Positions 20,116 through 31,570 of a stretch of 64,000 nt of DNA are shown piece after piece. Source of the stretch: an uncultured Nitrososphaerales archaeon. GTDB taxonomy: Archaea; Thermoproteota; Nitrososphaeria; Nitrososphaerales; Nitrososphaeraceae. A model generated the notes under the pieces. It saw nothing but the letters and a program-made list of their open reading frames with translations, ran no database searches and was not told the origin of the DNA. The stretch spans positions 288,001 to 352,000 of the forward strand of contig CAVOHZ010000008.1 in assembly GCA_963695855.1 (NCBI GenBank), in the 5' to 3' direction. Within the stretch, counting starts at the first letter, position 1. Every line of letters begins with the position of its first letter. A program made the position numbers and the translations under genes.

Positions 20116-20511
20116 ATGTCTATACTTTCAAAAACTCTTAGACTACGAATTCCTTCTAATATTATTTACCGCGCTTTAAAGGATACAAGATTAGAAAATC
20201 TTTTTCCTGAATTTTTTATAGGGTTAGAAAGAAAAGTTATAACTGATAAAATAAATAAGGAAGTTAGTTATAATACAATAACTCAAGGAAAACAGATTGA
20301 AATTATTGAAACATTCAAATTTAAAATTTCTAACAATAATGAAACAGTTGTAGAATATATTACAGAGATAAAAACAATAGAAGAGAACAATATAATATTA
20401 GAATCAATAGTACAGACACATGTAGCTAATATTTTATATTCACTTTTGATGCTTGAGACAGGATATATTAATGGAGTATTGGAAAAGAAAAAAATAGATA
20501 ATTCAATATGA
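20116..20511 (+). CDS. Hypothetical protein, possibly SRPBCC-like
   Basis: 131 aa ATG-initiated ORF. Confidence 0.65.
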   Translation: MSILSKTLRLRIPSNIIYRALKDTRLENLFPEFFIGLERKVITDKINKEVSYNTITQGKQIEIIETFKFKISNNNETVVEYITEIKTIEENNIILESIVQTHVANILYSLLMLETGYINGVLEKKKIDNSI

Positions 20512-20570
20512 AAAAGGAAAGGTAAGGATTACAAACTTTGATATTGCCATTATGAATGATGTAAATTTTG

Positions 20571-21300
20571 GGCTGTGTTAATTTAAGCAAATAGTTTTAG
20601 CTGTGAACATCCTATCTCTAATAAATGCTTGTTAAATTCATTAGAAATAGAACATCCACAGTTATGGTAAATTATTCTCTTTATCTATTCTTTCTTGGTC
20701 TCAGTCTACGTAATACTTCCAAAACGTTAGTCATATTTAGAGATGAAAAAAGGAGTTATGTTGTTGTATGAAACTGGATTCAATGATTTGGTTCATTGCA
20801 GATTTACAAGAAAAAAAGAATATAAGCGTTCATCATAGAGGAAACTATTGTTCAGATAGGAAATCATTACTTTTTGGTTATGGATTTCTATTGAACCAAT
20901 TGACAAATTTGTGCTTGGAATCTATATTTTACAAGAGAGAAATATGCATGTTGCTGAGAAATTTATTAGATCATTAGTTGAGAAATACGGAAGACGTCCA
21001 GTTTATACTGATCGTGGAACATGATATCCAGAAGTATGCAATATAATTGGATTAAAACATCATCTACATTCACCTTTAGAGGAAAGTCTGATAGAAAGAG
21101 TGATGCAGTATTTCAAGGATAGGACAGAATGTTTTGATGATTATTATCCATGTAAACAATCTGGAAAAACAGAAGGAGAAGAATGCAATATATTACATGT
21201 ATATAATTGAATCAAGTTATTCATTTATCTGTATAATACAAAGATTAGATAGGAATTCCTTTCAATATTGGGCGTAAAATAATTTTAACTTTACAGGACC
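20571..21300 (+). mobile_element. IS6-family element, pseudogenised; 3' 550 bp nearly identical to 8958-9510 in inverted orientation
   Basis: TIRs ggctgtgttaatttaag / ttaactttacaggacc; same internal stops as the 8958 copy. Confidence 0.88.
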
Positions 21301-21505
21301 GTTTTTAGGTAGGTCTAACAGGTTCTTCTGCAGGATGTGACTCCTACTTTATAAAAGTCTAAAAAACCTCACTGATTTGTGGTCCTAACCCTTGTCTCTG
21401 GAAAACAATAGTCAACAACATAATAACGCGGTTGAAACTGAGTTTTAAGCAATGAGTCCTCCTTTAAATATTATTCTACCAGTTTGATTTGAAGGACAGA
21501 CATGT

Positions 21506-21925
21506 TTAGGATTGGGTTCTTAACTGTTCGGTCAATGAAATCATATCTACCAGATTCCAACGCTCTATGCATTTTGTATCATGAAAAGAAAATACTGTCA
21601 TCCCATTGACTTTGAATTGTTTATCGGTTGGCTTAAGATCCATAAATTCACCTTTGTGTGTGCCAGTTAGGTTGTATCTACATGCAACCTTATTTCCTTC
21701 GATAATGATATCATCAAACATAATTCCTATATCAGGAAATGCTTTCCATAGGAGATAAATGAACTGTTTAAAACCTTCCTTGTTCGCCAGAAGATTTGGA
21801 GGGAAACCATGAATTATCAAGGAGTCATCATAAAAATCAAAATAAGATGATTCTCTTTTCTGCGGATTGTTAAATGTGTCTGCCAATTTTCTCACAACTT
21901 CTCTTAAAGGCTCAAGTGATGACAT
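21506..21925 (-). CDS. SnoaL-like ester cyclase
   Basis: AFPD..EGNKVACR..GTHKGEF..PT.K motif. Confidence 0.88.
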   Translation of the reverse strand: MSSLEPLREVVRKLADTFNNPQKRESSYFDFYDDSLIIHGFPPNLLANKEGFKQFIYLLWKAFPDIGIMFDDIIIEGNKVACRYNLTGTHKGEFMDLKPTDKQFKVNGMTVFSFHDTKCIERWNLVDMISLTEQLRTQS

Positions 21926-22072
21926 TATTGAGATATTTATAGCCTTTTTTATAACTTTTTCTTTACCTTCTTTATCTGATATATTGATGACATTGCACTT
22001 TACGCTTTATTATTATGATCGTCAGATTTTTGTACTCGATATTCGTTTGTTAGAAATATAGAGAAGATTATA

Positions 22073-23089
22073 ATGAGCAACATGAGTAAGAAATGCTACC
22101 AACTGGCTCCTGATTTGACAATATGTCGAATACTCAACGGCATGTGGCAGGTCGCAGGTGGACATGGATATGTCAATCCTGAATTAGCAATTGCAGGTAT
22201 GGTGAGATACCATGATGCTGGCTTTACTACTTGGGACCTCGCAGATATTTATGGCCCGGCAGAGGATTTTATTGGGGAGTTCAGGCGTAGATTATTAACG
22301 CTAAAAGGAAAAGAAGAACTCGGCAGAATTCAGTCATTAACAAAATGGGTACCAGAGCCAGGGAAAATTACACGTTCTATTGTTAATGAAAATATAGAAA
22401 GATCACTTCACAGAATGAATGTTAGCTCGTTGGATTTACTTCAATTCCATTGGTGGGATTATAATAATCCGTATTACATGGATGCTCTAAATTACCTTTC
22501 AGACCTTACGAATGAAGGACGAATTAAGCATTTAGGTCTTACAAATTTTGATACTGACCGTATGCAGATCATGACAGATTCGGGTTTACAAATTGTATCG
22601 AACCAGGTTCAATATTCGATCATAGATAGAAGGCCAGAAGTAAAGATGATACCATTTTGTATGGAGCATAACATCAGCCTTCTTGGTTATGGATGCATTT
22701 GTGGAGGGCTTTTATCAGAACGTTATGTAGGAAGAATAGAACCATCTAATGTTGAGTTAGATACATTAAGCTTACGAAAATACAAGAAGATGATAGATGC
22801 ATGGGGCGGATGGAATTTGTTCCAAGACCTTTTATTGACTTTGAAGAGAATTGCGAAAAAGTACAATGTAAGTATCGCAAATGTAGCAACCAGCTATATT
22901 CTTGCCAAGCCTGTAGTAGCAGGAGTTATTATCGGCGTTAGACTTGGAATAGTTGATCACATAAATGATAACACTCAGGTATTCAACTTTAATTTGGACA
23001 AGTCAGATCGTGATGCTATAGATGCAGTATGTGCAAAGGCAAATAACTTGTTTGAGATAATTGGAGATTGTGGTGATGAGTATAGATGA
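22073..23089 (+). CDS. Aldo/keto reductase
   Basis: DLADIYG, TKW, DLLQFHW, GLTNF, NQVQYS. Confidence 0.92.
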   Translation: MSNMSKKCYQLAPDLTICRILNGMWQVAGGHGYVNPELAIAGMVRYHDAGFTTWDLADIYGPAEDFIGEFRRRLLTLKGKEELGRIQSLTKWVPEPGKITRSIVNENIERSLHRMNVSSLDLLQFHWWDYNNPYYMDALNYLSDLTNEGRIKHLGLTNFDTDRMQIMTDSGLQIVSNQVQYSIIDRRPEVKMIPFCMEHNISLLGYGCICGGLLSERYVGRIEPSNVELDTLSLRKYKKMIDAWGGWNLFQDLLLTLKRIAKKYNVSIANVATSYILAKPVVAGVIIGVRLGIVDHINDNTQVFNFNLDKSDRDAIDAVCAKANNLFEIIGDCGDEYR

Positions 23090-24092
23090 TCTGTCTTTTT
23101 GTCTCTTCTACCTATAATGCATGTAGGAAACTGGCATATGGTGATATGTACACATAATCATGAGTTTCATGGCATCTAAACGATTTCGATACTGATCAAT
23201 TCAATTACCAGTGCTATTGTAGAAAATAGTTCGACACTTAATAACATTATTTTATTATATACGGTATGATTTAAGTTAGTCAGATAGCAAAAATGGCAGT
23301 TCAAAACTAGTATTTAACGAATATTTATTCACTCTCGTTAGGGAGGTAATTCTGCAAACCTATATTTGTACTTCATTATAGGAATTTGTTGATGTTGGTA
23401 AATGAATCGTAGCTCTCGATAAATGTCCAAAATAAAAAATAAATTACCATATCAAATTTTTCGGCGCCGAAAAAATAATATTAAAAATATGAAAAAATTA
23501 CTTTCATACAATAATCAGCAGGATGGCTGGACTGGCTCAGATAGATGCCACGCTGTTGTCAGTTACCCATTTTTGGTGTAATGATATGATTACTTCGTAT
23601 TTGTATTATTTATGATATTTGGTAATAAAAAATACTTTTTCATCATGTTATAATTTATCACGTAGAATCAATCGATATTCGTAGACTTATTACTCTTGTT
23701 TATTCGGATATACATGATATGAACTTGAGTTTTCTTAGTACGGTTCTAATACCATCTACATGTCAGTCCAATAAAAGGCTGTGTTGCAATTAGAGTTGCT
23801 CCTACAATCATTCCTATGATGCACATGTTGAATTTTGTTAGCTCAAATATGTTCCTTTATTCTTCTTAGAATAGAAAAAGATTTTCCACGTCTGAAAACA
23901 GAGATGGCTGTAGAGAAGAAACATAATTCTGAACTTGAAAAAGAAGACCAATAGAGTTATAAGGTACTATTTTTTGTAACTTAAGATGAAGGTTCATCTG
24001 TATATTCAGCAAGTTTCTGTGAACTAAAATATTCTAAATACTACGGTTCTATTATATTGTATTAACAATATTATTTGTATGGATATTCCCTT

Positions 24093-24109
24093 CGTCGGGA
24101 GTTGACCAG
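24093..24109 (+). repeat. att-like site 12 (partial core with T-loop-like side)
   Basis: cgtcgggagttgaccag versus site 10 reverse complement agtcgggagttgaacag. Confidence 0.55.
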
Positions 24110-24217
24110 ACATAGTTTTAGTGCTCGATTACAAATTTATATTATAAACTAAATGTCCTTTCTCTATGATTGAAAAAAGTGGAAAGAAGAAGAGGTTGAT
24201 GATAATGATGATTAAAG

Positions 24218-24334
24218 GGCGCTGTTAACTTGATAAAGTAATAGGTATGTTCTACACTTTTATATTATGTTCTGTGCTCAATTTCAGAAGAATTTTTCAA
24301 TTTATTTCATAAATTTTCCTTAACTTACAGAGCC
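24218..24334. mobile_element. IS6-derived MITE or internally deleted element (about 117 bp)
   Basis: Ends ggcgctgttaact / ccttaacttacagagcc match the IS6 TIRs in this window; no ORF, no TSD seen. Confidence 0.55.
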
Positions 24335-24876
24335 ACCTTGCATATTGCTTTTATTATCATAAACTTATTTTAAAATTGTTTTTGAAATTCAAATGAACGA
24401 AATTATCGGCTATATTTGGGCTTGGCTTAATTCTTATTATAGCAGTAGTCAATAATATAATAAAATTAGTTTTTGATTACTTAAAATTACTTAATTTCAA
24501 ATCCAATTTTAGAATTAAAATAACTACTATTAAGTATCAATTATATAATATCAAATAATATTTGCTCATCTCATTCACATAAACAAAAAAGTTTATAATT
24601 CAAAATACAAAGAGGAAGCATTATAATAACTTATACACTTCTGCTATTACCTTTTGGTTGAAGGTGTACTGTATCTAATTTGTTCCTTTAATAATACGAA
24701 TTATCGTATCTTAAATTACTAGAATTATTTTAATTTCCAACGTTATTATTAATAGTAACAAGAATTAAAAAAATTTATTAATATCAAATTATTCGTTATA
24801 GCATAAAAATGTGATTAAGAGTAAGATATTTTTTTATAACTAATTGCAATATATTAATTTATAAGATTCAAAGAGA

Positions 24877-25647
24877 TTATCTGAGAGGGTTATGACGCTG
24901 CGCCCAGTCAATTATTGAACCATCATATACTCTTACATTATGGAAGCCAGCCTGCTTTAATTGCAAGTATTTATGAGAAGCTCTAGCACCAGAGTGACAA
25001 TAGCATATAACCTCCTTGTCATTAGTAATTCCATTATGCTCAAAATCCTTTTGTAATTCTTCTTTACTTTTGAGTATAGTAATACCATTACTATCTAGTC
25101 CTTCTTCCCAACTATGTAATATAGAACCTGGAATTCTAGCCTGCATATGTTCCTGAGGAGTTCTTGAATCAACAATTACGGTCTTGGTATCATTTTGTTT
25201 CGTTTTAATCATCTCTTCATCTGCTCTGATTGTAGAATTTGGTTTAGATATAAATTGAGTATGATTAATAGGTGGAACAGCACGAGTAATTGGCAACCCT
25301 GCTTTCTGCCATGTATTGAATCCAATATCTAAGAGCTTTGTATTTGTATGACCATGATACATCAAAGTCCAGACTATTCTTGCTGCTGAAGGATCCATAT
25401 ATTCACCATAAACTACAACTGTTTTAGTGTCATCAATACCAAGATCACCAAAAATCTTTTCGGCAGTTGGACTATCTACTACCAAGTTTGCCCCGTTATT
25501 AGCAAGTGAAATTATACGCTCAACTCCAAGGACTCTTGCATTTTTAATGTGTCCAAACCTATATGACAGATTTCCCCGGCCATCTATAACTACCAATTCA
25601 GGATCATCTAGATGTGCTACGAGCCATTTATTATCTACAGTTACCAT
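24877..25647 (-). CDS. Tandem rhodanese / thiosulfate sulfurtransferase
   Basis: GHIKNA, YCHSGARAS, YDGSIIDW. Confidence 0.92.
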   Translation of the reverse strand: MVTVDNKWLVAHLDDPELVVIDGRGNLSYRFGHIKNARVLGVERIISLANNGANLVVDSPTAEKIFGDLGIDDTKTVVVYGEYMDPSAARIVWTLMYHGHTNTKLLDIGFNTWQKAGLPITRAVPPINHTQFISKPNSTIRADEEMIKTKQNDTKTVIVDSRTPQEHMQARIPGSILHSWEEGLDSNGITILKSKEELQKDFEHNGITNDKEVICYCHSGARASHKYLQLKQAGFHNVRVYDGSIIDWAQRHNPLR

Positions 25648-25833
25648 ATTATATAGTATAACTATCTAATCTATATTTGATTAGTTTTCTTTAACATCAT
25701 CTTTTTTATTTTTTATAAATTTGCATAGGATCTGTACGAGATATAAAGTAGAATTCATGCTTACATCTTAGGATAGACATACTACGAAGTAGCAGAATGG
25801 TAGTGATGTTGTTAATAAGTAATTGCCTTAGAG

Positions 25834-26121
25834 CTATCTCAAAATTATCATCCTATAAACAATTATGCTATTTCCTAATTGCACAAGACCAAGATACTTT
25901 TCTACCTTCTTTTCATATCTTGTAAACAATTTCCTGTATCTGTTATGCCATGAGTTTGTTCTCTCAAGTACCCGTCTTCCTGCAGGATATTTCTTGTTCA
26001 GTTTCTTTTCTTCTCGTCTATGGCGTATATGTGGAATGTATCCTCTCTTGACAATTTCTTGTTCTACTTCTCTGGAATGATATGCCCTGTCAAGACATAG
26101 ATTCTGTTTCTGCATCCTCAA
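25834..26121 (-). mobile_element. IS5-family transposase C-terminal fragment (copy of 10119)
   Basis: Near-identical protein sequence. Confidence 0.85.
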
Positions 26122-26382
26122 ATATCCTGAAAATTCAATTAAAGATTTAAGAACACTACGTGGTTAAAGAATACAAAATCTTCTATACATCAGACGGAAG
26201 CAAAAGCATTTTTCATGTTTGAAGAATTTGGGGTATAATACCCTATTATTTGATTGGGCCAAAGCAACAGACATATGTTTAGACCGAATTTTATAAGTCA
26301 TTAATTCAAATGCTAACTTAAGAATTTCAACGGATCTCTTAATGAATCGTCTAATTACCTTAACTAAATATATCTAAATGAG

Positions 26383-26458
26383 GTGAACCCAAGGAAAGTG
26401 CGGGCACGTCGGGAGTAATACCGATAGCGGTGCAAAAATAAGAGTCTAATGTATGGTA
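26383..26458 (+). repeat. att-like site 13 (left arm + core + arm A)
   Basis: gtgaacccaaggaaagt-gcgggcacgtcgggagt-aataccgatagcggtgcaaaaataagagtctaatgtatggta. Confidence 0.92.
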
Positions 26459-26538
26459 AAAGAGATATTATTTAAGATTTTCTTTACATCTTAATATTGA
26501 TAACAAAGTTGAATTTTACTACTTATTAATATAATATT

Positions 26539-27000
26539 TTAAGCACTTTTTGACACAGATGCATTTTCAGTACTATCTTTCCTGTTGGATTTTCCTTTTC
26601 CTTTTGTTATTTTTCCTTTTGTTATTCTTAAAAGCATTTCTCTCATTTCCTGCTTTTCTCTATCAGTTAGTTTCTCATCTATTAGATCTATGACAAAAAG
26701 CCACAGCGTTGCTCCAATTTTATTCTCTTTAAATAATGCTTCAGAATCTACCTTCAATTGATTCTTTCTATGCCAGTAGCCTATAATGATTGAAAGAGGT
26801 ATATATATAGCGAAGAATATCAAAGCAAATCCGATTATATTTCCTCCTATGAACGAATTTATGAAAGGAACCTTATCAATCAACAATTTATATTGAATAA
26901 CGATAAACTCTGAAAATGTTATCAAAAAAATAAGATATATCCCATTTCCTTGTCTAAAATCCAACCATCTTCTGCGAAAAAAATTATTATTTACTTTCAT
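26539..27000 (-). CDS. Membrane protein
   Basis: RRRWLDFRQG..YL, two TM helices, IGYWHRKNQ. Confidence 0.75.
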   Translation of the reverse strand: MKVNNNFFRRRWLDFRQGNGIYLIFLITFSEFIVIQYKLLIDKVPFINSFIGGNIIGFALIFFAIYIPLSIIIGYWHRKNQLKVDSEALFKENKIGATLWLFVIDLIDEKLTDREKQEMREMLLRITKGKITKGKGKSNRKDSTENASVSKSA

Positions 27001-27074
27001 TATATTTTTAGTTCTATTTTTTAGATTAATTGTTTATTTGTATTTTGTTATATTTATTAGTTTTTTTTTACTTA

Positions 27075-27430
27075 GAGGCTATCACAAAAATAGATAAGAA
27101 TATAGTTCTTTGGTTCCTATATTACAATGATAATTGAATAACAGGTTCTTTGGTTCCTATATTACAATGATAATTGAATAACAGCAGCAAGACTAAACGT
27201 CACATTAGAACAATTATATGCATTCCAGATAATCTTTGGAACGAAATTAAATATTTTACCTGTTGAAAAATCAGACATACATAGGTCGTCCAATTGTTAT
27301 TTATCGAAAAGGATTTCATGGTATCAGATTTGTATTGAGAACCGGATGTCAATGGAAATTGTTACACAAAGAATTTGGTTATGGTTATACATCTCATAGA
27401 AGATTTCAAGAATGGACACAATCAGGTATT
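27075..27430 (+). mobile_element. IS5-family 5' remnant containing a 40-bp tandem duplication (27105-27184)
   Basis: End gaggctatcacaaaa; IPDNLW, VLRTGCQW and HRRFQEW fragments. Confidence 0.75.
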
Positions 27431-27646
27431 TTTGATACATGATGAACCAGACTACTAAAATTATACGATTTAAAGAAAGGAATCAGATGGAAAGTTACTT
27501 TATAACAGAATGAGATTGTAAGAATAATAAGGGAAAAACTGAGATCTATAAAAACATTGAGCATCAAATTGTCAACGTCGAAAAATTATAAATAAATAGT
27601 TATACATGAATAATAATGATTAAATGAGACTAAAAAAATGAAAAAA

Positions 27647-28054
27647 TTAAAATCGATGAGATTGTTGTTGTTGTCTTGATAGATCTGTTAGTCCTTGAAA
27701 CAATTCTTCTTTGTCAAGACCATCACTTAAATCAATTCTAGCGTTTTGCTTTATATTATCCAAAATAACATCAGCAAAATTGTCTAATTTGTCGATATCT
27801 TTTATAGCCGTTATTTCTGACAATTGTTTTATCAAATCATAACGGTTTACATTATCTTGTGTTGTTTTAAATTTTTGTTTCTCATTCTCATCAAATTGGT
27901 CAGTCACATCTTTTGGTAAAGCAGATAAAAGACCTGATGCAGCCTTGGGAGTAGATTTCTTAAGAAACATTTTGGTTGCACCATTAACTGCCATACTCGC
28001 TATGTTTGGATCTATACCAAATGATTGTGCCAGCATTCCTATCATGTTTTGCAT
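27647..28054 (-). CDS. Hypothetical helical protein
   Basis: 135 aa ATG ORF with an upstream TATA-like AT tract. Confidence 0.7.
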   Translation of the reverse strand: MQNMIGMLAQSFGIDPNIASMAVNGATKMFLKKSTPKAASGLLSALPKDVTDQFDENEKQKFKTTQDNVNRYDLIKQLSEITAIKDIDKLDNFADVILDNIKQNARIDLSDGLDKEELFQGLTDLSRQQQQSHRF

Positions 28055-28399
28055 ATTTTACTATATATAATAGTCATTGTTATAGATAAATTTTCCGAAA
28101 ATTTTTAATATTATTGAACTTATTATTTAATGTAAAAATGAGATAAAATAATGGAATAATTGACATTTAGCACATAAAGTTATTTATGATAAAAATATGG
28201 AGGGTTAGAGAATATGAGTTTAAATCTGTGACAGCGATATCACTTTTACATTCTGAAAATATTGTGAACTCCAAGAAAGTATAAGAGAATAAAAAGTATT
28301 ATGTAATAGTAAATTATTTCTTAATTTTAGTACATAATACTGAAATTAGTTATAATAAATTTGTATAGTTTGGTAAAAATAATATTAATAATAGTTATT

Positions 28400-28618
28400 A
28401 TGAACGATTTAAAAAGAACAAAAGTTAAATCAAAAATAACATTAAATCTACATAATAGAATTAATAAAAAATTATTTGTTACTAAGACATTTTTATATTG
28501 CAATACTTGTGGAAAAAGTATTAAGAAAAGTCCAATATTGGGTCATATGTTCATAGAATATTTTTGTACTAAAAAATGCCTTATTCAAAAACATAAGACA
28601 TATTTGGAAAAGCCATAG
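28400..28618 (+). CDS. Small TRASH/YHS-like metal-binding protein
   Basis: YCNTCGK...YFCTKKC. Confidence 0.5.
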   Translation: MNDLKRTKVKSKITLNLHNRINKKLFVTKTFLYCNTCGKSIKKSPILGHMFIEYFCTKKCLIQKHKTYLEKP

Positions 28619-29036
28619 TTCTTCTATGAAGAAAATTCAATAGACTCAGTTGGACGAAGAGGTATTTTTGCCTCTATTTTGTTACTCTTATAATAATTAA
28701 CATCAAATAAATTTCATTAACTTGAATTATCAAGGATGTAATTATATTTAGTATAAAATATGATCAAATAAAGTATCCTAGATTTATTAGCTAAATTATT
28801 TCCTAATAAAATTGCTTATTTTTCTTTTGTAAATGTGATACTCCAAATTTTTGAATCCAATTCCGTACAGATATATATATAAATCTATTTTCTTAACACA
28901 GACATTGTAAGCCTCATCTACATATAGATTATCTTTACTGCGTATAGCAGCCTCAGATGGTCAAAGAACTCTCCTTGGTATAATAACAGATTACCGATGA
29001 ATATGTTTATTTATATCATTTATTTATTAAAAATTA

Positions 29037-29606
29037 ATGACAGGTACAATACTTGTAAGTATTTTAGCTTTAGTATTTGCTGTTTTGATTTCAGCTAATT
29101 TTCTTGATAATTCACAAGAACAGATAACAGGTGATCTTTCTCTCTATAAATCAATAGAAAGAGAGGGAATTTCTCTTCATGTTCCATCTGATTGGAAAGA
29201 ATTAGCTACTGAAAATGAAAATCAGCTAATTAGAATTTCATCTTCTGATGGAAATTCTTTTATTACTATCAATAGGTATGATTCAGGACCCATAAATGAA
29301 GTTTTAACAAAAAGAGTGAATGAATTTGTAAAATATTTACCAGGAATTGAATTTTATAATATAGAAGTTAACTCAAATCCATTGGAATTTAAGACTATTC
29401 AATCTCAATATATCATACAAGCTGGCTCTATTCAAGAGGAAAATAATTCGAAACTTTTGCATTATGAAAAAGGATATATGATGCATAATAGTCCATTAAT
29501 GATTACCCTTTATTATGCTGGCTTGGATGAATCTTATTATAATAACAGTCCCATTGCTGATAGTATTATCGAATCGCTAAAGATTGATCCTCAAGCATTT
29601 GGATAA
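29037..29606 (+). CDS. PsbP-like secreted or membrane-anchored protein
   Basis: N-terminal TM, GISLHVPSDW, ADSIIESLKI. Confidence 0.7.
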   Translation: MTGTILVSILALVFAVLISANFLDNSQEQITGDLSLYKSIEREGISLHVPSDWKELATENENQLIRISSSDGNSFITINRYDSGPINEVLTKRVNEFVKYLPGIEFYNIEVNSNPLEFKTIQSQYIIQAGSIQEENNSKLLHYEKGYMMHNSPLMITLYYAGLDESYYNNSPIADSIIESLKIDPQAFG

Positions 29607-30403
29607 TTGAGTTACTTCACAATTAATTAAACATTTATCGTTTTTTATCTAAATTTATAAAGAACTAGGTTTATATTTTGTATTTTTTTTAAGTTTAAAA
29701 TTTTTAAAAAATGTAAATTTGTATTAATTTAAAATGTGCTGATAATATATTTTGAAAGATCCTAAAATTAAGTCATATGCATTGATTAACCTGATGTATA
29801 AAATATGAAAATTGATAGCGCATTAATCATTATAAATTAATATTATGAAACTAGAGATAAACGCATTAAAATATAATTACAAGAAATTAATTAATATCTT
29901 TCTATTTTGGTGTTTCTTTGATAACCCCACATTTCTGACATTGTTCATATTTTATGTTTTCATAGGAACCATAGTGGGACTCAAAAGTACAATCAGATTT
30001 TTTTCAGTAATTGATGATATTTCTCTAACGTTAATTATAAAATTAAGATTTGTTGAGGTTGTTAGATTGTCTTGCTTTTCTTGTGCGTAAGCATTAATGG
30101 TTGTAACAGCAATTATAAAAAAAATACTAAAGAAAATACTGATTGCTACCAGTTTAGTTACTTTCATCTAAAATTTTCAGATAATTATATCTTTTAAAGA
30201 TATTGAAAATAAACGATATACTGATTATATAGCATAGTCTAAAACTAGAAATTTAGAAAAAATTATTAAAAATAAAGAAAATGACAGAGTATAGACAATT
30301 ATTTTATAAACTCATTCTTCTGAAAATAGAAATAAGAATTAACCCCACCTGAAAGACCCTGACTGTCTCCTGTCTTACCTTCATCTATTGCCTTCAATGC
30401 ATA

Positions 30404-31570
30404 TCAGTCAAGTGGCTTGGTTAATGTCATATCCTTTTAACTAACAGGTCTAAATTATTGAATAGGTAAAGCTTAAGGTATCCTGAATATCATAATTCTA
30501 TGTACCATGGTTCTACTACCAAACTCAACCTCACCACAGGACAGAAGAACAGTCTAAAGTCGTTGATGAAATATAGTACCGACAAGAAGCATTATCGCAG
30601 ATTAATGGCAATACTTCAGAAGAGCAACGGTAGAACTTTTGCAGATATAGCAAAGGAACATGGTGTCAGTATCAGGTCAGTTCAAAGATGGATATCGGCA
30701 TATCTCCAGATAGGAACAAAAGGATTGGAGATAAGGAAACCAGGTGGTACAAAATTCCGTATAACAGATGAGGATAGAGAGACTATACTTTCTGTACTTT
30801 TTAACGATCCCAATATTTTTGGTTACATCAGAAACACCTGGAGTCTGAGGTCACTGGCAAAGTGTCTTACAGAAGAACTTGACATTCCAATCAGTTTCAA
30901 ACACCTTCAAAGGATACTGAAGGACATGGGTATCAGATGTAAGAGACCCAAGCTTGAACTTGAACATGGAGCTGATTATGAAGAGGGAAAGAAACAGATA
31001 AAGAACTACAAACAAGTAGCATCAGCTCTCAAAAAAAGAAAGTGATGTTGGTCTTTGAAGATGAAACTATAGTAACACAGAAGCCATGTATAAGAAAGTC
31101 AATGAGTTTTGAAGGTGAACAACAAAAAATTAGGCATAACGGTAGTAGAAAGAAATTCTCAATGTACATATCCATGCTATGGCCTGAACAGAATCTGTTG
31201 TATGATTTCTATGACAGATCAAATTCCACCAATGCTATAAACCATTTAGAGAATCTCAAGATACATGTAATGAAAAATAATGGTTGGAAAAGAATTGTAC
31301 TGGTATGGGATAACGCTTCATTTCACCTAAGCAAGATGACAAAAAAATATATCAATGGACAGAAAAAAGACTGGCTCAGTATAATACACCTTCCAAAGAG
31401 GGCGCCATACCTTAATCCAAATGAGAGAAAAGTAAACCAGAAGATAAAATCAGATGTGTGTGCAAATAGATTCTATACCAATATAGAAGAACAAAAAGAT
31501 GCAATATCAGAATATCTGGATAAGAGATTTGGAAGATGGTGTAACGACATTCATGATGACACTTGACTTA
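30404..31570 (+). mobile_element. IS630-family element, two ORFs (30500-31045, 31042-31566) joined by a probable -1 frameshift
   Basis: Imperfect TIRs tcagtcaagtg / cacttgactta flanked by TA; A7G slippery tract at 31031; WDNASFH and PYLNPNE. Confidence 0.9.

Noticed and set aside
23480-23960. Degraded membrane-protein gene
   Set aside because: Coding-like fragments, but no family could be recognised.
1335-26458. Dispersed GC-rich repeat as a CRISPR array
   Set aside because: Spacing is 0.3-5 kb and contains genes; no 30-40 bp spacers and no cas genes.
1335-26458. Sites as classical integron attC sites
   Set aside because: No RYYYAAC/GTTRRRY ends and no long hairpin; conservation is in primary sequence.
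27105-27184. 40-bp tandem repeat as a mini-CRISPR or iteron
   Set aside because: Two adjacent copies with no spacer, inside an IS5 remnant; most likely a slippage duplication.
31031-31045. Split IS630 ORFs as unusual recoding
   Set aside because: Programmed -1 frameshifting on A-rich tracts is well known in IS630 elements.
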